Positions 56,192-64,000 of a stretch of 64,000 bases of DNA are shown here, one piece after another; the stretch's first letter is position 1; every line of letters begins with the position of its first letter. The stretch covers positions 224,166 to 288,165 of the forward strand of contig CAZFPJ010000001.1 of assembly GCA_964521095.1 (NCBI GenBank), given 5' to 3'. The position numbers and the translations under genes were made by a program. Source of the stretch: an uncultured Candidatus Saccharibacteria bacterium (GTDB lineage Bacteria; Patescibacteriota; Saccharimonadia; Saccharimonadales; 2-12-FULL-41-12). The notes under the pieces are model-generated. The model was not told the DNA's origin. It saw only the letters and a program-made list of their open reading frames with translations, and made no database searches.

Positions 56192-57202
56192 TTACTTTGT
56201 TGCGACAATTTGTGCTATCTCTGCAACAGCCAGCTCCATCTCGTCTGCGCCAATGCAGTCGTCGGTCTTGCTAAGACCTCTTTCTAAATGCGCCTCTAGC
56301 ATTATACCTCTAAAGCCAGCTATATCACTCTGCTTTATCATCGCAGACAGGTGCGCTAATGCTCTTAGCTGGCCATCGGCAGTTTTTTGGCCACCGTGTG
56401 CCACCGCGTTACCATGCGCACAATCTACCAAGAAAGGCTCGTCATCTTCTGCAGTTTCAAAAATTTGTTTTTCAAATTTTTCTGGACCATCAATCTTGTC
56501 ACCGCCCCGCAAAATCAATCCTGTGCTTTTGTTGCCTACAGAGTCAACCTCGACCAACTGGTTATTCTGGTCGATTATGTCTACTTTATGTGGTTGACCG
56601 GAGGTTTTTATAGCATCCAAAGCTGACCCTACACTTCCGCTTGAATCGTTCTTGAACAGAACCGGGATGTCATTATGCGCTGACACAGCATGCCTAAGCA
56701 TGGTATCTTCTACATTTCGTGCACCAACCCAACCCATAGTCAGTAGTCCACCAAATCTTGCAAAATGCTTTTCGTGCATCAGCTCGATTGCCAAGGGAAC
56801 TCCAGTATTAGCAAGATTAGACATCAGCTCGTATGCCTTCTCTAGATTGGTATTTTCTAGCCCCACCCAACCAAGGTTAGTCCTTGGTTTTGCAGGCGGA
56901 GTCCGCATAACCAACAGTATATTCTTATTAATATTAGGGTCTTTGCTTAATGCACTAACTCTTTCTCCTAAACGATAAATTATAGGCACGCCATCGCTAT
57001 CTATCTGCTCGTCTAAAGAACAGGGACCAACTACAACAATTTTTCGCTTATCTTGGCCTTTTAATATGTCATTAACGGCCTGTCTGTTTTGGTCAATCCG
57101 CTCGCTTACCCCTAGATCAAGTGGGTACATCCGATCCAGCTCTTCTGGTGTAATTGGGTGTCGCAATATTTCCCTTTCACTATTTTTTTCTAATACTTCC
57201 AT
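56192..57202 (-). CDS. aroG: 3-deoxy-7-phosphoheptulonate (DAHP) synthase, class I alpha (AroF/G/H-like)
   Basis: ILKGQDKRKIVVVGPCS, KPRTNLGWVGL, GARNVED, FKNDSSG, ILRGG, DCAHGN. These are collinear with E. coli AroG motifs. A GGAG RBS lies 5 nt upstream. Confidence 0.9.
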   Translation of the reverse strand: MEVLEKNSEREILRHPITPEELDRMYPLDLGVSERIDQNRQAVNDILKGQDKRKIVVVGPCSLDEQIDSDGVPIIYRLGERVSALSKDPNINKNILLVMRTPPAKPRTNLGWVGLENTNLEKAYELMSNLANTGVPLAIELMHEKHFARFGGLLTMGWVGARNVEDTMLRHAVSAHNDIPVLFKNDSSGSVGSALDAIKTSGQPHKVDIIDQNNQLVEVDSVGNKSTGLILRGGDKIDGPEKFEKQIFETAEDDEPFLVDCAHGNAVAHGGQKTADGQLRALAHLSAMIKQSDIAGFRGIMLEAHLERGLSKTDDCIGADEMELAVAEIAQIVATK

Positions 57203-57216
57203 TATATCTCCAAATT

Positions 57217-57250
57217 AAAAATCGCCTCGTTCTTTTCGAGGCGACCTTTT
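57217..57250 (-). terminator. Intrinsic terminator hairpin in the aroG leader (candidate attenuator)
   Basis: On the minus strand: TCGCCTCG-aaaagaa-CGAGGCGA followed by TTTTTAATTT, which runs straight into the aroG RBS. The stem is 8 perfect bp at 57222-57229 / 57237-57244. Confidence 0.6.
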
Positions 57251-57269
57251 TCTTTTTTAAAATTAAATA

Positions 57270-57329
57270 CTAGCTAGCCGCCTCAATATAGTCGGTAAAA
57301 TATCCTTGCCAGCTAATAATATTTTTCAT
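57270..57329 (-). CDS. Candidate 19-aa leader peptide MKNIISWQGYFTDYIEAAS
   Basis: ATG at 57329 and TAG at 57270-57272. It contains Trp, Tyr, Phe and Tyr codons. Its last codons (GAG GCG) can pair with the 5-prime arm of the terminator. Confidence 0.3.
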   Translation of the reverse strand: MKNIISWQGYFTDYIEAAS

Positions 57330-57357
57330 ATCAATAATAATCCTATCACCAAACAGT

Positions 57358-57942
57358 CTAATGGACAAATACTGGTTGCAATATTAATTCGCGATTAGTT
57401 ATTTCGGCTATTTTATCTAGTCGACTTATTGTTCTACGATTATCGAAGTGTCCCACATGGTCTTGGTCTAAAAGAGCAACGCTACAATGTGGAGTATAGC
57501 TATCTGGACTGTTTGGATCGGGCACTAGCGGGAACCCAGCTTCCTTGTAATTATTAGAACACTGAGCAAACTCGTTTATCAACTCGTCTGACTCTATGCC
57601 AAACGCCAGCTTATACTTAGATCCAGCGCCATAAATCCCAATTTTACCGACAGTAGCAACAATCTGCTCACTACATGAAGGAATTTGCTCAATCATATCA
57701 CTGGTCTTTGGGCCGCTCTCTCGAAGGCGTTTATTGAACCGCTTAAAACCAACCACCGTAACAGACAGATCTTCTACCTTAAAGAATCTATCTGTGCCCT
57801 GAATCTCCGCCCGAAGAGCTTTGGATGCATCTTCAAATACCTCAAAACTCTCGGGGCTAATCTTTCGGCGCACAGCATAAACGCCACGATTATTGGCTAC
57901 CTCCACCACTTGCCTATTGTGATTGGGCTTTCTCTTGGCCAT
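57358..57942 (-). CDS. Hypothetical protein (weak 2H-phosphoesterase-like HxS motif)
   Basis: 194-aa ORF. Only one H-x-S/T-x motif is present (TPHCSVAL). Confidence 0.5.
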   Translation of the reverse strand: MAKRKPNHNRQVVEVANNRGVYAVRRKISPESFEVFEDASKALRAEIQGTDRFFKVEDLSVTVVGFKRFNKRLRESGPKTSDMIEQIPSCSEQIVATVGKIGIYGAGSKYKLAFGIESDELINEFAQCSNNYKEAGFPLVPDPNSPDSYTPHCSVALLDQDHVGHFDNRRTISRLDKIAEITNRELILQPVFVH

Positions 57943-57982
57943 CTAATACATATAATACAATACTACTCCTAGTTTGTCACTA

Positions 57983-58672
57983 TTACAGAAGTTTACTGAC
58001 AGCAACAATAGATGCTGTTTCGGCTCGCAGTATATGATTGCTCAAATTCATCTGCAAAAAACCACTACTCGCAAAAAGTTGTTTTTCTTGATCGCTCCAA
58101 CCACCCTCTGGGCCGATAAAAATACCTATTTTTTTGGCAGTATCAATGCTAACAGAATCTTCCCCGCCCTGCTCACAATACACACCTACTAAACCTTCTC
58201 TGTACTGCTCCACCGCCTTTTGTAAGTGGACAGGTTCGCGAACTACAGGAATCGTGGATCGCCCAGATTGCTCGCTTGCTTCAATAACTATCTTGTGTGT
58301 TCTGTCTATATTAAAATTTGTACGAATTGTCCGCTCACTCAACACTGGCACAAAGTTCGAGACGCCTAGTTCTGTGCATTTCTGCAATATATGATCGTTA
58401 TTATCTTTTTTGAGTAAACTCCAGAACAGATACACATGCCTCTTTGGCATAGAAGGCTCTAGCTCGGTTATCATCTTTAGGTGAGCCTCTGTTTTGGAAA
58501 GCTCCACAACTTCATACAGCCGGTCGGTACTTGTTCCGTCAAACAAACCTACCTTCTGTCCAGGACGAAATCGCAACACACGATTCCATTGCCACAACAG
58601 AGCATTATCGTGTAGCCAAAAATCCTGTTTTAGCTTTATCTCTTCACCAACAAAAAATCGATGAACCCTCAC
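57983..58672 (-). CDS. rsmE: 16S rRNA (uracil1498-N3)-methyltransferase
   Basis: MRVHRFFV start, a PUA-like N-terminus, and a SPOUT C-terminus (IFIGPEGGWSDQE, LRAETA). Confidence 0.85.
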   Translation of the reverse strand: MRVHRFFVGEEIKLKQDFWLHDNALLWQWNRVLRFRPGQKVGLFDGTSTDRLYEVVELSKTEAHLKMITELEPSMPKRHVYLFWSLLKKDNNDHILQKCTELGVSNFVPVLSERTIRTNFNIDRTHKIVIEASEQSGRSTIPVVREPVHLQKAVEQYREGLVGVYCEQGGEDSVSIDTAKKIGIFIGPEGGWSDQEKQLFASSGFLQMNLSNHILRAETASIVAVSKLL

Positions 58673-58687
58673 CCCTTTTCAAGCCCT

Positions 58688-59473
58688 TTATTTATTTAGC
58701 GATGCGATAATAATCAAGCCAAGGACAATCTTGCTAGCAAGGTCTACGAGCAAATGGTTTCGTTCGATGAGTAGGTATTCTTTCCATCCCTTGCGTCCGC
58801 TAATGTGCAGGTATCTGTTAAGGCCAAACAAAAAGAAGCTCACTATAAGCGTTGCGGACAAAGCATAAATACTCCAAGAGAATCGCTCCATACCATAGAC
58901 AGCAGTGCCCACAATATTAGCTAGGAGTGGCAACAATGCCATCAGCCCAGTAAATACACTCAGGCCAAAAGCTAGCCATTTCTTACTGCCAGAAAATGCA
59001 ATTTCCCTTTCGGAGATCCAGCCAAGCAATGACGACACAAGCACTAGTGCACCTACAAGCTTTAGGGTAGCTAGGTCGCTAATGCCAGACAATAAACTAA
59101 CTACAACCAACGATATGGCTGTGGTAACACCTATAAATATCCATTTGTAACCAGACACCTTCTTTTTTAAGGTAGCCTCGTAGTTGTTGCGAAGTTTTGT
59201 GGCAAGTAAGATCGATAGAACTGCTGTAGCCACAAACATACCGGCAAAAAGATACCGCACCTGAACTGTGTACAGCTCTTTAAAGGCTGGGGCCAAAACA
59301 ACTTCATTACCCTGCGCCAAAACATTTCTAGCCATATAGCTTAGCCAAACATCTACTGTCTGACTAGCCAAAGCTACTGCGGATACTACGGCCAAAACCG
59401 CTGTGATAACTGCACTAGCAATATTAGTTTTTTTAATCTGCTCTTGTAATACTTTTTTCGTTGGTACTTTCAT
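58688..59473 (-). CDS. Heliorhodopsin-family-like 7TM protein (Lys retained in TM7; counterion Glu absent)
   Basis: 261 aa with 7 predicted TM segments and a long TM1-TM2 loop. It is collinear with remembered heliorhodopsin 48C12 blocks:
- NYEATLKKKVSGYKW vs RYSASLMKNQNIFRW
- SGISDLATL vs CGIADIVAL
- LLGWISE vs LFGWLQE
- RKGWKEYLLIERNHLLVDLASKIVLG vs KGKWSNYLRGERAYIVLSLVAKSALA
Lys248 is encoded at 58730-58732. Confidence 0.55.
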   Translation of the reverse strand: MKVPTKKVLQEQIKKTNIASAVITAVLAVVSAVALASQTVDVWLSYMARNVLAQGNEVVLAPAFKELYTVQVRYLFAGMFVATAVLSILLATKLRNNYEATLKKKVSGYKWIFIGVTTAISLVVVSLLSGISDLATLKLVGALVLVSSLLGWISEREIAFSGSKKWLAFGLSVFTGLMALLPLLANIVGTAVYGMERFSWSIYALSATLIVSFFLFGLNRYLHISGRKGWKEYLLIERNHLLVDLASKIVLGLIIIASLNK

Positions 59474-59511
59474 AATGCATTAACTATACCATACTTTATA
59501 CAATCTGTAAT

Positions 59512-61044
59512 TTATCGTTCAAGGCGCAAACGAGCGACTAGCCAATCTCTGGGTAATATGCTCAAAAACCAACCAGCTCTTGGGCCAGCATCTTTATTAA
59601 TCGTTACCCTATAAATAGTCTGAAATAGATCTTTTGGACCCAAGCCACTGCTGTCTCTTAGTTCGTATATAGCTTGGTGAAACCAATTGCCGTCGGCGTC
59701 GTTGGGGGCATTGTCTATTTTGCTAGCAAGATCCGACAAAAACTTTTTCTGAATGTCACTAAAACTACTTTGGTCTACTGCATCGACAAGCTCAAAAACT
59801 ACATCCTCGGGTGCCCAATTTTGTAGCCAACTGTCGATAAAAGCTAGCTCCCGGATGATGACTTCTCTCTGTTTTTGGGCGGTTTCTTTATGCTCTGTCC
59901 GCTCAATTACCTCTAAAGTTTTATTAACATCTTTTAGTGACGATTGGTAACTAGCTACAAGATGAGTAAAAGGAATATTACTAATAGTTTGGTCTTCTAC
60001 ATCGGCCATGCATAGCCTTACAAGTTGCTGTTCGGTCTCTGTTTTATTGGCCTTTGCAATGAGCTCGGCAAACTCGTCGACCAAACGAATCAGGGTCGGG
60101 CCTTGGTCAAAGAACAGTTGCTTTTCGGGAGCATACCGCAAAATAAAATACCAAACAATCTCAGGGGGCAGAACCTGGAGCAATTCCGATGCAGTGATTG
60201 TATCGCCAGCACTTTTGCTCATCTTTTTAGTTTCGCCTGTGCGATTAATAAAGTTATACGGTATAGGCACTGGGGCAGTGCCTCCGAAGACCTCGGCGAC
60301 GATTCGCTTGCCAGTGTCATATGACCCACCTTTTGTAGCATGATCTCGCCCAAATGGCTCAGCACCCACACCAAACAAAGGCCACCTAGCAGGCCAGTCA
60401 ATTCGCCAACTTAGTTTTACATCTCCACTGGCGTAACTAACCGTCTGTTCACCACCATCTTTATCTGTACATACAATTGTTTTGTCATCTTTGTTTATAG
60501 ATATATACTGCCGATTCTTAAGATATCCGTCCTCTATAATCTGCACGGGTGACCACTGCTCATTTAGTTGTCTACCAGAAACCTCCTCTAGTATTGTCTT
60601 GATTTTTGGTAAATTTTCTAACGCCGTTTCTATAGGCTCAACAAAATACCCACTCCGGTATTTTTCGTGTGCTCGCACAATATCCATATCGAGCTTCATA
60701 GCCTTCGAAGCGTCTAATAGATCATTCAAGAAATAATCTGCATAAGATTGCTTGGAACCGTCTGGTGCTGGTACATCTGCCAGTGGTTTGCCCAAATATT
60801 GGCTAAAGTTCTCTGGCACATCTGCAGGAACTTTCCGAAAAGAATCCAGGTCATCCACAACATGTGTGTGTGTAGCCTCTCGGCCTCTAAAGCGAAGTTC
60901 TCTGGCTATTATCTCTGCTGTCAGTACTTCTCGGAGTGTACCGATATGATAAGTCCCAGACGGCGACACGCCAGAGCTAACTACAATTTCCCCCTTAGGG
61001 TTTTTTGCAATAACTTCATCGACTACATTATTTAACCACTGCAT
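59512..61044 (-). CDS. lysK: Lysine--tRNA ligase, class I (archaeal-type)
   Basis: SGVSPSGTYHIGTLREV (HIGH-like) and KMSKSAGD (KMSKS). The length and order fit a class I LysRS. Confidence 0.9.
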   Translation of the reverse strand: MQWLNNVVDEVIAKNPKGEIVVSSGVSPSGTYHIGTLREVLTAEIIARELRFRGREATHTHVVDDLDSFRKVPADVPENFSQYLGKPLADVPAPDGSKQSYADYFLNDLLDASKAMKLDMDIVRAHEKYRSGYFVEPIETALENLPKIKTILEEVSGRQLNEQWSPVQIIEDGYLKNRQYISINKDDKTIVCTDKDGGEQTVSYASGDVKLSWRIDWPARWPLFGVGAEPFGRDHATKGGSYDTGKRIVAEVFGGTAPVPIPYNFINRTGETKKMSKSAGDTITASELLQVLPPEIVWYFILRYAPEKQLFFDQGPTLIRLVDEFAELIAKANKTETEQQLVRLCMADVEDQTISNIPFTHLVASYQSSLKDVNKTLEVIERTEHKETAQKQREVIIRELAFIDSWLQNWAPEDVVFELVDAVDQSSFSDIQKKFLSDLASKIDNAPNDADGNWFHQAIYELRDSSGLGPKDLFQTIYRVTINKDAGPRAGWFLSILPRDWLVARLRLER

Positions 61045-61100
61045 AAATATACCTTCTAGATTACCGGATATCGACAGATATATCTAGTGAGGCTTTTCCT

Positions 61101-61559
61101 TTAAGATATGTTGGCAATAACAAACTTATTCGTTTCGACTGGCGTTTTAATCTCTACGCTTTCGCCCTCTTTTTTGCCAAGCAAAGCCATACCTATCGGT
61201 GATTCATCGGATATCTTGCCATTTAGCGGATCGGCCTCTACCGTGCCAACTACCTGAAAAGTTTTTTCAACCTTACCATCCTTTAGCTTAACTGTGCTAC
61301 CAAGCCTAACAGAACCGTTAGCTCTTGGTTTTGCTATAACCTCAACATTTTGCAAAATGTGCTCAAGCTCAGAGATTCGAGCTTCGGTTCGCTCTTGATC
61401 GTCTTTTGCTGCATGGTATTCGGCGTTCTCACTTAGGTCGCCCTGCTCTCTTGCGGTCTTAATAGCATCGGCAATCTCACTCCGACGAGCCACTAACGCG
61501 TCGTGCTCTGCCTGCAATTCGGCAATTCCCTCTTTGGTCATATGAAATTGTTTCTTCAT
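61101..61559 (-). CDS. greA: Transcription elongation factor GreA
   Basis: MTKEGIAELQAEHDALV...DLSENAEYHAAKDDQ. I chose the start at ATG 61559, which has a GGAG RBS, rather than 61601. Confidence 0.88.
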   Translation of the reverse strand: MKKQFHMTKEGIAELQAEHDALVARRSEIADAIKTAREQGDLSENAEYHAAKDDQERTEARISELEHILQNVEVIAKPRANGSVRLGSTVKLKDGKVEKTFQVVGTVEADPLNGKISDESPIGMALLGKKEGESVEIKTPVETNKFVIANIS

Positions 61560-61631
61560 GGTACTTCTCCTTATATAAAGTGACGCTTCTTTCAGCGCCA
61601 ACTAAGATACGGTCATGTAGATTATAGCTAT

Positions 61632-62882
61632 TTATTGTTGGTTTGCAAGTCGATTTACTAACATCTCTTTGGTTAGTTCTTCTGTGTCTTTTTCCGTGCG
61701 CTTTTTGAACTCAAATTTGCCAGCCTCAACCCCTCTTGGACTTACTACTACACGATATGGAATTCCTAGCAGGTCCGCATCTGTAAATTTAGAACCTGGC
61801 CGTTCGTCTCGATCGTCCCATAGAACACTTATACCCTTCTGCGTAAGTTCGTCATACAGCTCTTTTGCCTCTTTATCTGTATCGCCAATTTGCACAAGAT
61901 ACACCTTGAACGGTGCAATATTTTCTGGCCAAACCAAGCCCCTTTCATCGGCAAAATGCTCGGCAATAACACCCATGAGTCGGCTGACGCCAATACCATA
62001 GCACCCGGCAATTATTGATTTTCTCTGCCCTTGCTCATCTGTAAAATAAACATCCAATGCATCAGTGTATTTACTCTCTAGATGAAAAGTATTCCCTACC
62101 TCTACCGCTCGTTTTTCTACCAAATTATTTTTATCAAGACCGAGTTTTGCCAAATTTTCGTCGGTCATAATTTCTTCATTGATGGCTATTTTTTTGGCCT
62201 CATCAACAAAGATCTTATCTTCTCCAACATCACTCAGGGTCTGAAACTCATCCGAAAAACGACTGGTAAAAATCCCACCATCAGCATAAGTTCGGTATGT
62301 TTCGTCGCCCAGACCAAGCCGTGCGTAAACCCTGCGATAAGCCTCGATGGCTCTTTCATAAATCTCTTCGTGCTCTTCTTGTGTACGGGCAAAGCTGTAC
62401 ATATCTTTCATCACGAATTCTCGTCCCCGAAGTAATCCACTTTTTGCCCTCAGCTCATTGCGAAACTTCGGACCAATCTGATACACCGAAAATGGTAAAT
62501 CTTTATACGAATTCACATAGTCTCGCAAGACATCAACTATTGGTTCTTCGTGTGTCAGCCCCACACCAAGCTCTGTGCCGTTAGCTAGCTTGGTCTTAAA
62601 CCAGTTATCTACCTTTTTCTCGTCCCAACGGTCGGTCTTTTCCCAGATATCTTTTGGTTGTAGGGTTGTCATGGCTAGCTCTTGCCCACCAACAACATTC
62701 ATCTCTTCACGGACAATCTGCTTAATATTTTCTAAAACCCTAAGTCCAAGTGGCAAATACGCATAAACTCCAGCCATTTCTTTGTGGATGTACCCAGCTC
62801 TTATTAAAAGCTGCGCATTTTGTGCCTGCTCGTCAGCTGGGGTATTTTTCTTGGTTTTTGTAAAAAGTCCCGATACTTTCAT
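61632..62882 (-). CDS. proS: Proline--tRNA ligase (bacterial-type core, INS editing domain reduced to about 40 aa)
   Basis: LLIRAGYIHKEMAGVYAYLPLG, FRNELRAKSGLLRGREF, GCYGIGVSR. About 416 aa from ATG 62882. Confidence 0.9.
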   Translation of the reverse strand: MKVSGLFTKTKKNTPADEQAQNAQLLIRAGYIHKEMAGVYAYLPLGLRVLENIKQIVREEMNVVGGQELAMTTLQPKDIWEKTDRWDEKKVDNWFKTKLANGTELGVGLTHEEPIVDVLRDYVNSYKDLPFSVYQIGPKFRNELRAKSGLLRGREFVMKDMYSFARTQEEHEEIYERAIEAYRRVYARLGLGDETYRTYADGGIFTSRFSDEFQTLSDVGEDKIFVDEAKKIAINEEIMTDENLAKLGLDKNNLVEKRAVEVGNTFHLESKYTDALDVYFTDEQGQRKSIIAGCYGIGVSRLMGVIAEHFADERGLVWPENIAPFKVYLVQIGDTDKEAKELYDELTQKGISVLWDDRDERPGSKFTDADLLGIPYRVVVSPRGVEAGKFEFKKRTEKDTEELTKEMLVNRLANQQ

Positions 62883-62917
62883 CTTCTTTATTCTACTACA
62901 AGAACAACTAAACAACC

Positions 62918-63247
62918 CTACCGTTTCACAAACTTAAGTGCCCTATTCTCCTTCAAACGAATTTGCAAGGCGTCTCTCATGGCCCTCAAGACCAAAGATT
63001 CTATTGCAATATCTTTCAGGAGATACTCGCTTACAGATTCCCTGCCCAATAAACCATTCGAGTCGCCCCGCTCGTCAATATACTGCTTGGTCTCCTCAAT
63101 CCTCTCCTCTATCTCCTGTTGACTTTGCTTATCAAGACCAACCGTAGCATAGGCCAAAGTTTCCTGCGCCTCATAAGATTCTTTGTATTCTTCTATCAAA
63201 GTGCGTCTATATATTCGCAGTTCTCTACAGTGTTCTGTTTCCATCAT
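62918..63247 (-). CDS. Hypothetical protein
   Basis: 109-aa helical/acidic ORF immediately upstream of proS. Confidence 0.5.
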   Translation of the reverse strand: MMETEHCRELRIYRRTLIEEYKESYEAQETLAYATVGLDKQSQQEIEERIEETKQYIDERGDSNGLLGRESVSEYLLKDIAIESLVLRAMRDALQIRLKENRALKFVKR

Positions 63248-63299
63248 TATTCCTCAAATAAAAAAAGCCTCCTCGGCCCTAGTAGCTACTTATTGTATA

Positions 63300-64000
63300 T
63301 TATCTACTTACCAATATAAAGAGACTCAAAAATGCTAAAAAGTTCTTTGTCATATGCACCAAAACTCCCGCCCAAATTGTTCCAGTCTTTTCGCGCAACC
63401 AAATCAAAACCATAGATAACAAAAATGTATCTACGGCCGCCGTCCACAATGGCGGGTGGCCACTGCCAAGTTGTAGGTGCGCAATACCAAAAACAACACT
63501 CACCACTAAAGCAGAGATTACTTTATTCATCTTTTGGCGAAGACCAGTGTACAAAAATCCTCTAACCAGAACCTCTTCAACAATAGCCGGAAAGACTACT
63601 AAACTAACAAAAACCAGTATAAGGGCTAGCCCTCTAGTTCCTTCGAATCCAATCTGCTGTTTTTGATCAAAGTCTATCTCGGGCAACACCATCCTCAGCA
63701 ACCCGAATCCGAAGGCCAGCAAAATAAAATACACTACAAAAGCCGGTATGGCATAGAACATTTTTGTAACGCTAGGCTTCTTAACCCCGAAAAAACTCCA
63801 AGATATAGATCGTCGCCTAATAAAAAGCCACAGCAAAAGCATTGTAACTAGTTCGATGATAGCTATAAAAACAAACTGTCCAACAGCCGACTGCTCGAGC
63901 ATTCTAGAAGCCTGGTCAACACCTTGCCCAGTTATAGCAATATACAGCCCGAGCAAAAGTCCTGCGAATAACTGCGACCCAAAATAAATGCCAAAAGTCA
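63300..64000 (-). CDS. CPBP-family intramembrane glutamic endopeptidase (CAAX protease-like), 5-prime partial
   Basis: EEVLVRGFLY, FGIAHL, HMTKN. The frame remains open upstream of 63956 to the window edge. Confidence 0.8.
   Translation of the reverse strand, partial: TFGIYFGSQLFAGLLLGLYIAITGQGVDQASRMLEQSAVGQFVFIAIIELVTMLLLWLFIRRRSISWSFFGVKKPSVTKMFYAIPAFVVYFILLAFGFGLLRMVLPEIDFDQKQQIGFEGTRGLALILVFVSLVVFPAIVEEVLVRGFLYTGLRQKMNKVISALVVSVVFGIAHLQLGSGHPPLWTAAVDTFLLSMVLIWLREKTGTIWAGVLVHMTKNFLAFLSLFILVSR

Noticed and set aside
1-64000. tRNA, rRNA, tmRNA, RNase P RNA, SRP RNA, IS elements and CRISPR arrays.
   Set aside because: I scanned the intergenic regions by eye for GGTTCGAATCC-type T-arms, the GAGGAAAGTCC RNase P core and terminal inverted repeats, and found none. 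This is a visual negative only. tRNAscan-SE or Infernal should confirm it.

Overview
This 64-kb window is a compact, gene-dense bacterial chromosome segment in the standard genetic code. I call about 65 protein genes. By eye I saw no rRNA, tRNA, CRISPR array, transposase or prophage. The recognisable content is as follows.
- dprA-topA.
- A streamlined division/cell-wall cluster: mraZ-rsmH-ftsL-ftsI-mraY-ftsW-murG-ftsQ.
- Housekeeping genes: glyQS, recO, xseAB, rpmA, pyrG, ftsEX plus M23 and S41 peptidases, prfB, secA, hpf, serS, class I lysyl-tRNA synthetase, greA, proS, rsmE.
- An aroG-pheA-ilvE operon.
- An accessory stretch: GH1 glucosidase, EEP nuclease, AlkD-like, NYN and HsdR_N-like genes.
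- Many orphan ORFs.
The class I LysRS, the ProRS without an INS domain, the LPXTG protein and the tight gene packing suggest a reduced-genome lineage such as CPR/Patescibacteria (Saccharibacteria-like). That placement is inference only.
The observations most worth a second look are:
1. A heliorhodopsin-like 7TM protein that keeps the retinal lysine but lacks the counterion Glu.
2. An FtsEX-linked M23 peptidase whose catalytic domain looks circularly permuted.
3. A candidate aromatic-codon leader peptide with terminator/antiterminator upstream of aroG-pheA-ilvE.
4. A co-degenerate histidine kinase/receiver pair.
5. A gene-orientation convergence point carrying a dif-like 28-mer.
6. A helically phased GTGGG repeat array upstream of mraZ.
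All homology calls come from reading the translations against remembered family motifs. No searches were run.
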